From contig OZ037765.1 of the NCBI GenBank assembly GCA_964035545.1, forward strand, positions 26,411,504-26,475,503: 64,000 nt of DNA, read 5' to 3'. Below, piece after piece: positions 14,301 through 26,879 of this stretch. Under the pieces are notes generated by a model. The model ran no database searches. It was not told the DNA's origin and saw nothing but the letters and a program-made list of their open reading frames with translations. Within the stretch, counting starts at the first letter, position 1. Every line of letters begins with the position of its first letter. A program made the translations under genes and the position numbers. This DNA is from Bugula neritina (taxonomy: Eukaryota; Animalia; Bryozoa).

Positions 14301-17300
14301 CTGTGGCCACCGGAACACCTGTTACAGCCAAACTAGTTGGATGTGTTCTATTCATCTACGGGTGTACTAGTGAGTTATCCTCTCTCTATTGATATTGTTT
14401 TCAGATTCTCTTCATTTTCGTATGTTCTGGTATAATATTTTAGAGAAACTTATTCAACATAAAAAATAACCAGTTTCAGGATTATAATCCACTGTCTTGT
14501 ATGAACTTCATTATACCTGCGTGTTACACATGATCAAGTTGCTATAGTAATTATGATGTAGTTGGGCTAGGTTTGTGTTATGTTGGGATAGACTTCAGCC
14601 CTTAAGGGTGGTAGGTATCAGCTCCCTTATCACCCAGTATTCTGGTACCCTGTCTGGTGGAATCTTATGCTATGACTTGTTGATAGGAATATTGTTACAC
14701 CGTGTGTGGCACAACTTTGGTCTGCCCATCTACACAACTCTGCAGAGATATCTCCTCCTAGACACCTGGATCCTCTCCCGCAGGTTCATCTCTACACTCA
14801 GATCTCTCATCCTTGCCTTGCTGCTGCTGCTGATACCACTGGTGCTGCTGTCAGGCAGCGCATGCGGTCTCCACTATATGGGGTGGCTGAATATATCGCC
14901 TTGTGCTAAAGTAACCGGCGTATACTATGTAAGCAAACGGGTAAGTCATGGTGTACATTCTATCTCTCCATGCTATGCTACAGGTTTCGGAATAAACTGT
15001 CAAATTATGGTCACTGACCCCAATCCTGAATTTCTTCTTTAAAATTTGACTTCTTATTTTACAATGAAATAGTCATAATGTATAATATAATATCAAATCC
15101 ATCCCCATGGGCTACTCAAAAACTGAAAATTGTAGCCAAGATATTACTGCAGGTTGTCATACTACTTGCATCTAACTGGGCAGCCTTTATTTAATCATTT
15201 TAGTTTTTTATCCTTTAAAACACCGAGGCTTGTTTTCTTAAGTAACTGTCTAATCGTCTTCTATACGAAAATATTCATTTTGCTGACCAATTCATCACAT
15301 CATTCACACCTTGCTCACACCTGTTTCAGTCTGACATAAATACTCCTGGCATGTCTGATAAAATCAGAACCATGTTGAATGGCTGGTTCATGTGGAATGA
15401 GGGCCATCAGCCACCAGTTCCACCACCAGTTGGCGGGACTCCAGGTGTGGACTGGGAGGCGATTATTGACGCGAGAGTGACAGCCTTGAGAAGCTCTCTT
15501 GAGCTCAAATCAAACACAGAGGTGTGTGTAACTACATACGTTTCCGTGTCTATTACATTATGTGTATGTGTCGAGTTAAATGCATGATTACTGTAATGTT
15601 ACGTATAGTCTATTGCAAACTGTTTATGTGCCTTGTGGTTGCAGTTTTGGTTTTAAATCTTAATTTTCCTAGAAATATTCCTTACACCAAAAAATCGGAA
15701 AGCATTTTCTCACACACTGCTTTTGCAAGAGCACATAGTGAGAAAATAACTCTCTAACATTCAAATGCTTTACATAGGTTTCACTTTAACCACACTAATA
15801 AAATCAATTTGCTTGAAAAGCTCTACAAATAAACAATTAAAATTCTTCTGATTTTATCCAATTATAGCAATTGTAATATATAGGATCTATTTTTAACTTT
15901 AGATCTCAGTACAAAGACAAAGAAATACTGACCTTGAGACGGCCTTGAAAGCATTGACCCGTGATGTTGAGGAAGTAAAGATGAAGTTGTCATCTCTATC
16001 CGACATCACAGCTGAGCTAACCAACCTGAAGGCTAGATTAGCTCATCTCTCTGATCTCACAGATACGAAGGCAGACAGGCAGTCTATTACCAAGCTTCAG
16101 AATGACTTGAAGAAGCTGCAACTGAAACTTGGTGTATGTTGAACTTATTTACTAATGAGTTGTTATTGTTGGGTTTCTCTGTTCTCATTCACAAAGATGT
16201 GTGAAAAATTGGGGTTTCACATGCTTTAGAGAGAGCTGTTAAGTTTTATAGATGGTATAGAAACATTGGGTTGTTGCTGTGAGATGTAATACAACTTGTT
16301 AAATGCCTGGATTGTGCAACAGACTTTGGTTGTTAGGAAAACTTTATTTCGGTCACAGTAAGGCCAATAATTCACACGAGTTTGAGCTGTTTAATAGGTT
16401 ATGTTTAGTTACACTAAACTGTGTTTTTTCTTAGCAGTCCCTGATGAGTGAGTATGTTATTTAGTAGAATAAGTATGACATGTTAATTATACTTTTTATC
16501 TAATCCCTGTTTCCATGGCAACTGTTGGTTACAGGAAGTAGAGGTTGATGATGCAAAGGCTGAAGAATATGGTGTGCTGACATACTTGCAAACCGAGATT
16601 CATAATGTAAGCTATTTCTACTTTTGTCTACAACACAGCTATAATGTTTAAAAAAGCTGCAAGTATAATTTGTGCTTTCTCTCATCATATGATTTCATTT
16701 CTATATTGCTATATGTTAACTTGTAATGGTATATGTTAGCTTGCAGATGTTACTAAATATATTCTTGGAATTACCAATAAAGAACCAAAGGTAAAATTAC
16801 TTCACAGAGTAATGGTAGATTTTCAAATCTCCATTGTTGTGGTGTACGGATTGACAACCACTATGATAATCCATTATGATCATTTGTTTGTTACTTTCCT
16901 TAACCCAGTTAGGTTGGTTGTTGTAGTATTTGTAACTGCTTACAAGGTTTTAAAATTATTCCTATAAAATAATTGTGTTTTTTAATTGCGGCTAAACTTT
17001 TGAACTTCCGTTCTGCTACTTTCTTAATGAAAGCACAATGCAATTTTAAATAGACACTTCAGCAGTTTCGTGTGACATCATGCAGCTCACCTTACACAAG
17101 AGTTTTGTGGTGTTGTAGTTGAGGAAAGTAGTTGATAAGCAGAAGGAGGTGGTGGTGCCGGATGTATGTCCTGGCTCAGCATGTATCTGCGAGAATGAAC
17201 TGGGGCTAAGACTGAGGGCATTGCATGATCAGCTGCTGAAGGAATTGAATGAGAAAGGCGGTACTACTGTCTATGTGACACCTGATAATTCTACTGGCAT

Positions 17301-19337
17301 CAGTGAACAGGTTATCATTTTTTTTGTAATTTTTATATTCGATTGCATTTTATTTTGTATACTTTGACGTATCTTCACATATTTCATGGCTTTTATAAAC
17401 CAGTTAAAACGTCTTTATTCTGCACATGTTATAAAGTCTCATGCATGGCCGGTTTATTAAAAGCATACTATTTTATTTTTATTAATAATTTTATTGTAGT
17501 TTGTGAAACAACTAATACAGGATGAGCTGGACATTTTCTCTGCTGATAAAACAGGAATGCCTGATTTTGCATTACAGTCTATGGGTAGGTTAGCAGTAGC
17601 AATGCTAGTCTAAACTGTAAACAAACTTGCTTTTAGTAATTGGTGTTTTAGTGGCATCTGACAGCTGGAAATATTATTTATTGTTTTTACAATTCTCTTT
17701 TTATATTATAAATTATTCTGTGCATGAAATAGTTCTTCAAATTCTTTAAGTACATGCAGATGCTGGTAGTATGGCAAATGTAATGTTTATTTAAGGAAAT
17801 ATTTTAGTTTGACAGTTGGATACTTTTTTTGTATCAGAATTTGTCTTTTTGGCTTGTACTTGCAATATTTTAAAACCATTATGCACACATAGTAGCTTCA
17901 GAGGTGGGGTGTGAAGACGATGATTATTTGTTTGCAAAATGTGTAAATACCATGTATAAAGTGTTGTGCTTACACTCGCGTTCAGCAGTTTACTCCATCA
18001 TTTGTAGAGTAGAATGGTAAATGAGGATAGTGGTTATTTAATTTTTAGTATTGTTTATTTATTAAGCAATTAGTTTTTTGAGAATAACTTGGTAATGTTT
18101 GGCAACTGTTGTCAGGTGCCCAGGTGCTGAGTACAAGGTGCTCGCAGACTTATTATCAAGATACTGGACTCATGACATACTTTGGATTGCCATTATACCA
18201 CTTGCACAAGGATCCTAGCATAGTTATACAAGTTAGTCTAATTTGTATATAGTCTATTTTTATTTTGTGAATTTCTTCTTTCAACCCTCTCGTTATTTAC
18301 AATGTCCACTACATTTCAGATTACAAGATAACCTCTAAGACTTTATTTATAAGTTTCTTGTGATGAAACATGTTGGTATTATAAATACTGTGGCATGTCT
18401 AATAAGTGACGTATGCTGTTACAGCCTGGAGTGACACCAGGTGAATGCTGGTGCTTCCACGGTCAGTCAGGCTACATGGTTATAGAGTTAGCAGAGAGTG
18501 TGCAGTTCAACTCATTCTCTTTGGAGCATATTTCAGCTAAACAATCTGTATCTGGTGAAATATTAAGTGCTCCTCGGGATCTAGAGGTCTATGTAAGTTA
18601 CACAACCTCTAAATTCTTAGACTACTGTTCCTGTATATGTGAAACAACTGTGTTTTACTTTGTTATTCAAAATCTGAAAACAGCTTTTATTAAATACTTT
18701 ACATATGAATATATTGTCTTATGATGTTCTCTGAAGGGTTTGAGATCCGAGTTGGATACAGAAGGCCGGAGAATTGGAGGTTGGAGGTACGAGAACACTG
18801 GGCCTCGTTTACAGTTCTTTCCTGTTCAGGTAATAACACTGTTCATTTAAATATCTATTTTTATAATTGCGGCTTAACTTTCCATGATTTCCCATTCTTC
18901 GAGTCATGTATAGCAACAATGTTCATAAAAAATATTTATGATTTGTGATTGTATTGAAAAACATGCTCGAGGTGAAAAGTTGTCTTCTTTTTATAGTATA
19001 TCCACTAAATTGATAATCATCTGGATACTAACTTTTTATTATTGAAGCTTTTAGACTTTTTTATTTTTATCTAGCTAATCTATTAGTCGTGTTGTATTTT
19101 AGAATTTAACTGTGAAATATGTGATATGAGATTCAACTTGGTGAAATTATCATAAAAATTTCAAATTTTTCAACCACTTCTGTTTATTTTTTCTCCAAGT
19201 TCTTTGGCTTTATCTTATAGGACACCAACATACCAGGATTCCCTATAGTGGAGCTAAGAATATTGAACAACTGGGGGAAAAAAGAATTTACCTGCCTCTA
19301 TCGATTCAGAGTTCACGGAAAATTAGCCCCAAAGTAA
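8376..19337 (+). CDS. SUN1: SUN-domain inner nuclear membrane protein (SUN1/2-like, LINC complex); multi-exon
   Basis: ATG at 8376. N-terminal motif YSSKY...SPNLSRRRL, Ser/Arg-rich exons, a hydrophobic TM segment (ILALLLLLIPLVLL, ~14810), and coiled coils (15903-16133). The C-terminal SUN domain reads FSADKTGMPDFALQSM, PGECWCFHG, LEHIS...SAPRD, VELRILNNWGKKEFTCLYRFRVHG, with stop at 19335-19337. Confidence 0.92.
16509..16522. promoter_or_regulatory. Consensus RFX X-box (GTTTCCATGGCAAC) in a SUN-gene intron
   Basis: 14-bp match to the RFX palindromic consensus. Function is not shown. Confidence 0.4.
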
Positions 19338-19933
19338 TAGGGCTTAACTCCTAACTTCAGAATTTGCATATTATAAACTAGAACATCTGTATTATATGAA
19401 TTTAATATTTTGGATCTCGAAAATTAGGCAGTAGGTCGTGTGCCATTTTCATTACTTAATCGAACTTAGCTTTCTGTGATAATGTTCTGTAATATTTTTG
19501 GTATTAACATGTATGTACATTGTAATATAGCAAAACAGTTAGTATTTATCACATGGTTGGTGTAGTTCAAAATATTTAAGCAGATACCAGCTTTTGTGTT
19601 GTATAAAATTTATGAATTATATTATTAATTTAGTCTGTAGACTCATTTCCAACTGCATGACTGCAGAGCTTGGCTTATTTAAATTAAAATGTGTATATTT
19701 CTTTTTCAAATACATTTTACATTTCAAAAGACAATAGGATGTATCAGCTAAAATAAATAACTTAATGTTTTGGTCCTTGTGTATAAAATTAATTCAATAG
19801 AATAATGCACCATTTGAACTAAAATTTTCTGAATAAAATCAATGAATAATAATAACAAAATATAGTAATCTTGTAATCATACATTGTATATAGACTAGCG
19901 AGACCTGAAATTGGGAGTTTTCAGCACATAAGA

Positions 19934-22900
19934 TTAGGACTTTTTGTGAAAATGGTAGTTGTTCTCACATCGCAGTAGATCTTCATCGATACCTGCCAAG
20001 ATACACAATACTGAAATAAAGAATTTCAGGCAACTTAAAATATCATAAAACTTATCAGATAGTAGCTTGGTAGAGAAACGCTCAAACTTTGGACCAACTC
20101 TACAGCCTAACTTGTTCAGCTAATTAATAAGCTTGTTTCAAAGCTTGAAAATCAGTCGGTCAAAGTATACTTAAATTTTTAGAGTTATAAGATAAGATAT
20201 ATAATATTTCACTCTGATTATAAATCAATTATTCAATATAATAAAAGTATTCAAAGTAAATTTTATCAGTAAGAATTAAATAACACATTTCTGTTTCATT
20301 ATTATTACTTAAATTCCTTATTATTACTTATATTATTTTTACTTGACTTGACTGAAAGCTACGACTTTTTATGATCAGTTATTGACCAGAATTGATTTTG
20401 AGTTAGCTCAGAGAGACAGCAATACTTGGTGAAATTGAATTGACATCTATCTAATATTGATATAACAGAATTTAATCCAAATTAATAATATACTGACCAC
20501 TTTTATGCCGTGTTCTTCTAGACATTTTGGCTTGCTGCTGATGATAGTCACGGTAATAATCAATTGCCCAGCTGTACACTACAACTCCTATGGCCACTTT
20601 AGCAATGAGTAGACTGCAGAAAATAACCATAATAATATATAAAGCATAGGTGTCATGACTTCACCAGTATTACATAAAGAAAGCCAATGTTTAATAACGT
20701 AGTTATTGCATCTCCAAGCATTTTGCTGTACACAAGAGGTAGAGATGACTAAAAGATTTAGGCTACCATAAGAAAGAAAGTACAAATGATATTGGTGTAT
20801 CATTATTGTATTATACCATAACATAGTCTAAGTAAGTCATGCAATGTTATACAAGTATAAATGTAGAAAATAATGATATATATATTATCAATTAGTAATA
20901 TTTGCAGTATTTTTTAGTTGCTGTGAAACATATGGAAGAAGTTAATATTGAATAATTACTAACCACAAAAATCCAAGAGCAATGTTGACAACAGCCAATA
21001 CACTTTCAATTTTGAAGCACTTGATTGCCACTTTGATTAGAACACAGGCTACGGGTAGAGGAGTCAGTCCAAGCCTACGAGCTACCTGGTCCGACACATC
21101 TGAAAACGCCTGCAAATACAAAATCATTTTAACCATTGATGGTTTAATTATAGTTAACGATGTTACTCATATCGCAGCATCACTATAATATATTATAGTT
21201 AATCTAAATAATGGATAAAAGTTTGAATTTAAAATCATCAATTATATAAACTACAATTTGAACTGGATACAAGTTATTTTGACTCAAACATTAAATATTA
21301 TGCAGACTCCATAACTTGGGATGTAGTAATTTCAATTAGTTTGCTAAATTAGCTTACTTGACTTTACAATTTCCAAGGACTAGACTGTCTATTACTGAGC
21401 TTTTGAAATTGAAACAAGTCAAAATTTGACAATAGATAATTTTTGTTTTAGACTTTCACCCCATATCTAAATTATATCTTTCCAATTAAATAGGATTCTA
21501 AATAAAAAATATACTAACCTAATGGACTGCTAACTGAACTCAAAAGATTTAATTACTGTACTTGAAAACATTCTTTGCTAACATAAAAAAAACCTTCATT
21601 TACTGCACAACCTAACAGTCTAACAAAAAAAGTTTTCTCCTCTAACCTTCTTCAACAAATATAACACACAGGATAATGTTATTATAATACTGTAATTTCT
21701 AGTTTCCCTAGACAGCAGAATAAATATTATTTAGAGTCCTATATATATAGCACAACTCACGTTTTTCTTTCTGCTGTTAATAACATCATTGGCCAGCAAG
21801 GCAGTGTACTCTTTGTAGACCTTAGCAGGTATATTGTTGAACTTAGTAATGAAAGCATGTTTAACTCCATCCACAATCACCTCACTGGCTAGTAGCATCG
21901 CTATGTACGGGATCAGCTGGATAAACTTCACTGGAGAGAACAAGAGTACCCGTAACTTACTGTCACATGTCTTTAAGCAACATACACACATGATAAACAG
22001 GCTTATATTTCCACAACAGATAAGAGAAACACACCTATATCCCAGTTGAAGTCAGTCATATTCCGCATGCAGACTACGATTATCAGCGCTTGAAAGTGGA
22101 ACCTTTCTCTCACATCGCTACAGGACATTTGAAATAGATTTGTTTTTTCAAACTTCTTGAACACACCTCCTTTCAGTTCAACAGCCTAGAATTATAACAT
22201 CTAATACACAAACACACAGAAGGCTATAACATATAGAATCAATTAAATTAAAGTATGCTTACTTGAAACAAGAACTAAAAATAATTCTTCTATTAAAGTT
22301 CCCATTATAATACAAATTCAAACTTTTAAAAATCTCACAGCTACAACTCAGCAACTTACATTGTTGGAAATAAGGATGCTCAGCATTGCCGGGTTGTGGG
22401 AATTGAAGGCTACATTGAGAGCTGAGGCTTGGAAGAGCACCAATGTTGAATGTAAAACTATTCACAAGCTAAGGAAATAACGCATCTCAAAACATGGTAA
22501 ATGTTGGTAATAATTAAATTTACTAACTGTTTATTATAGCAAAAGCTGAGAAAAAAGTTTTTAAAACAGTGAAAGAGGTTTCAAAAAGTTAAATATTCAA
22601 ATTCAAAGTAAATAGATATAAAAGCATTACTTATAAACAAAATATAAGTAGTTGTTAAGGCAAGTGATGCTCAAAGGATACCAACATAAATGACTGCTGT
22701 GACAAGATACATGACAACACCAGTTCTTCGTCTCTTGGGGTCAGCAACCGTCCACATTAGGGCATCAAGAATGTCTTGACCAAACGAGGAGAGAAGCTTG
22801 TCTCCTATCTAACAACGCAGTAACACCATTTAAATACTATGACATATAATAAAACTCATGATAACATAACCTATAATATTATTTTAGACTGCTTTTAGAC

Positions 22901-25707
22901 TTCCTGCAAGTAGTAGTTTATTCACGGATTGTACTTGTAGGAATGTCTGAGAATGAGTAATGGTAAATGACTCAGATGTAAGTATAGTCCATAATAGCTT
23001 CACTTTTCACCAAAAGGTTGACGGTTTTTTAACTTATTGACAGCTGATTTAATTTATTGAATTTATTTTGAATATATGGGGGAATATTAAAATTAAATTG
23101 TTTATGCAGAACACACGACTTAATCATTCATTTAATTTGGTGGCAGTCATAAACGCAGAAATTCAGAAGTACCTTAAATTCTAGTAACAAAATGTTTTCG
23201 TCAATATATTTCAGAACAACATTGAAGGCTATATTATAGATATAACTATCTACTTACATCCAGTAGGTTAAAGATTATATACAACTTGATAAGAGCTTGT
23301 CCCCTGATTAAATGATATAGAACGGAAGCATCAACATATTGCATCATCAAACATCCAATAAACAGTATAACTCCTTTAGCCAGATCACACTTCTGAGACG
23401 CTGATAAGTACCACCTACAGTATTGTAAGACACTGCATTTTCTCATCAACAATTTACTAGTAGAAGTAAACAAGTATGATGGTTGCTAGGAACTATAGTC
23501 TGAATTTCTCCTACAACTTCAGCGCACACAAAAATCATCCCTAAATATTAAACTGCGTTTGATAGGGCTTATGATAAACACTAATGATTATTTCTGTTGT
23601 ATATGAAATATACTCATTGCAAATAGATACATCGTTGAGAGAAAATTTAGGTACCCAATTGCATAAAATGATGTATTCTCCTTGATTACATCCAATCTAG
23701 TAAATAGAAATAAATAAATATACTACTTACTGAGGTATAAACAGAGTCCATGGCCTGGCCAGTAATTTCAACATAATTATCAACAATCTTAGCGGGAGGA
23801 ATGTAAATATGAAAAGGAAAGAGTCGATGCACTGCAGGAATCCATAGAACAAAAACTACAACAGAAAAACATTTAATTGGTTATTAAAAAATGCACACAT
23901 CACAAATAGCCGCTTCCAATAAAGCAGCAATAGTAGTGTCACAGTGACTTCTTACACCAAATTAGTAATATTTAAGATGTTGATGGTCAACAGAATATGA
24001 ATAACAAAATCGCAACTGTGCTAACCATCAATGATTATCAGAACTCTATGAAAAAACCGCAGAGTTACAGTGGATTCAATTTGAATGATTCCGTATGAAG
24101 TGACTGATAATTTACCTTTTCACATTCCCAAGGAATTCGAAGAAACACATACACTCTCTGTCTCTTAATATTGAAGACAGCCTCATTCTCATCAGGTTCG
24201 TAACCTCTCGACAGCTCTGACCAAAAATAGCTGGCAAAACCCTCTGGTTTATCTAAATTATTAAAGCAGAAGCCATGCACATAAAATATGCATATAATAC
24301 AAATTAAAATATAAAAAGTATATCAAACGAATAAACATTTAAAGTAGTTCAGGCTGTTCATAATTAATTTCGGACTGAATAGGTCAAATTAATTGAACTA
24401 CGGTACTTAAAAACAGACTCAGAATGCTGATATAGTACTGGTAGTCTTTATAGTCTTCCTAAAAATCCCCTAAATAATTTACATGACTAGTCACAACTAA
24501 GTTAACTACACATAATCACTTAATGCATAATAAATTACAATTCATACTCACTCTCATCAGCCCGATCCCCATCATAATTTCTTTCAGAACTAGAATCGAA
24601 TTCTACTTCATTCCTGTGTTGAGCCGAGTTTATTTTCACAAGGGTATGCAGATCTTCCTCTTCTTTTGCATGCTCAGCAGATTCACTCCTGCAACTAGTA
24701 GATGATGAGTCACAGGTATTGACTGATCCAGTTATTAGTCGCTTGCTGTGATCTTCATTCAATCGCGCAGCACTGCAACTTTCTTTTTCAGAATTGATAT
24801 CACTTTCATTTGGAGATTCAAAGTCAAAAGGGTGCGCACCATCAAATGTGCCATCTCCATCAGGGGCATTCAAAATTTTTTGATGTTTATCGTAATTTTG
24901 ATTTCGTAATAACGGACTTGCATATCTACCTTCACTTTTACTATTTCGAATTTTGCTTTGATACTGATTTTCACCCTGGCCTTTAGATAGCAATTCTGTT
25001 TCTTGATATACTCTTTTATTTGTGCGATCAGTGTTTTCCCCATCAACTAAATTCATAGTCAACTTAAATGATGATGTACGCTCACTGATATTACTTGGAG
25101 TTGCTTGTAGTCTATTAGAAAAAGTAAGTTCGTTGCATTTTTTAGAACTATCGCGCTCGCTTTTAAATTGCGATGGAGTAAGAGAGTCACTAGTTTCAAA
25201 ATATGCTTCTGTGTTGAAAGCTGGGCCTAATTTCGTTTCAGTTTCTCCTTCACCTCGTCTAACGGACTGATCTGTAGAATCCTTTGATAGCTCAAATTGT
25301 GGTTGTCTTTGGAATTTGAGTGATGGGGATGTTTTTCTCAGTTTAGATCTAGGAACAGGAGAGTTTGAATTGGAAATCAAAGTATAACTACTACTAGAAG
25401 TAGATGAGTTTGTATTTGCTTTCCCGCCAATAGTACTAGTAGTAGTAGTAGTAGGAGACTGAACTTTTGAATCCTGAGCACTAGCATCGACAGCTGCTGT
25501 TCCATTACTACTTACACTATCTAAATCTTTCACAGTCATATTGCGATGCCGATTGTCATTAGTCTTAGACTTTGCCTCACAGTACGAATCACAGTCAGAG
25601 TCAGTTTCACGGTCAAGGTTGCTCCTAGGGCTAGTGTTAGACAATGACATATGGCTTACCTTACTGTCACCTTTAGGGTGTATGCTTTTAGTAAAAATTT
25701 GACTCAT
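19934..25707 (-). CDS. TAPT1: Transmembrane anterior-posterior transformation protein 1 homologue; multi-exon, with a long Ser-rich N-terminal extension
   Basis: Exons encode SELSRGY, YHLIRGQALIKLYIIFNLLD, LNVAFNSHN...SNN, VELKGGVFKKFEK, SEVIVDGVKHAFITKFNNI and SDQVARRLGLTPLP. The last exon (GIDEDLL...KKS*) is inferred, with stop at 19934-19936. Confidence 0.93.
22458..22681 (-). other. U12-type (minor spliceosome) GT-AG intron in TAPT1
   Basis: The 5' splice site is G|GTATCCTTT. A branch-like TTCCTTAGC (22468-22476) lies 10 nt upstream of the AG, with no polypyrimidine tract. The flanking exons join in frame (AVIYV|VLHSTLV). Confidence 0.85.
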
Positions 25708-25915
25708 GTTTTTGACCGCTTTTCATAGTGTTTAAGTTGTGTAAAATCTATTGTACAAAAATGACATGCTTAATTTCAATAGTTGCACTGACTAGTCATT
25801 GTTCGCAATCATTAGGTATATAATGGTTTTTACTTTGTGTGGCACTTTAATTTTTCAGCCTCTGCAAGGTAAGAGTTTATCAATTACAGGAAACGTCAGC
25901 GTTGCTAAGCAAGTT
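25708..25915. promoter_or_regulatory. Probable bidirectional promoter shared by TAPT1 (-) and the TEX36-like gene (+)
   Basis: The TAPT1 ATG is at 25707. A + strand donor AAG|GTAAGA at 25868/9 fits a non-coding first exon splicing to the acceptor at 26855. An X-box-like GTTGCTAAGCAAG lies at 25901-25913. Confidence 0.5.
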
Positions 25916-26879
25916 GATGCTTTCTCCAATTCTAGTATCCGCCGTCCGTATGCTGATCATCATAATGTAATTACATAATCAGTATTAGAGGACCCTATTT
26001 GACCCCATATAATTTAATTGTTGGTAATAATAAGAGTTTGAAACGTAAGCCAAAATTAATATCTTGTTAAACTTTTTTCTTAGATACTTTCCAGACAGCT
26101 GTACCAATTGAACCTAGATACCTAATATAAATAATAATTTAAGATAACCAGTATTGTGAGAAGAAGTAATGTCAATAATAATATAATTATGTTTACTATT
26201 TATTGTTAAAAATTAGTACTATATTTGAGATTTTTAATACCTGTATTGTTATATCATTTTAAATAAATTGCAAAGTAATGTATAATTGAAAAATAAAATG
26301 CTATCTCTTTGTTAAAATGAACATAAATATTACAAATATGTAGGTAATAAATTTATTATGACTATGATGATGATGGTGTCATTTTTATTAAAGGTTTACT
26401 ATACAGACTATAGTAAGCGTAACAGAATGAAAATGATTGTCATTAATGAGCATTATATTTGTGTATGCATCATACTTGTGTATGCATATTTGATATTAGG
26501 TATAATGTTATTCTAAAGAATTTGAATGAATGACTAGATGGCTCAATAAAATGAAAATAGAACATATAACACTGTAATAAGAAAATTTTAAGGATTTTTT
26601 CTTGTTTGCAAGTTGTAAGTTATTATTATAACACTTACACTTTAACTTTATTCATTTTGGTAAAGCCACTTGGACAAGAATTTAAACTTATGTTAGTTTA
26701 GGGTTGGCAGCAAATTATTCATAGCATTTCTTTACACAATTTTGTCTATAATAATCACCTACAATAATTAGAGATTATGTAATTTGGGTTTTCACAAAAT
26801 AATGATAATATAGTATCAAGACTAACAAAGTGCACTTCTATTGATAATTTACAGGTACCTAAAAGATCAATTCAGCAAA

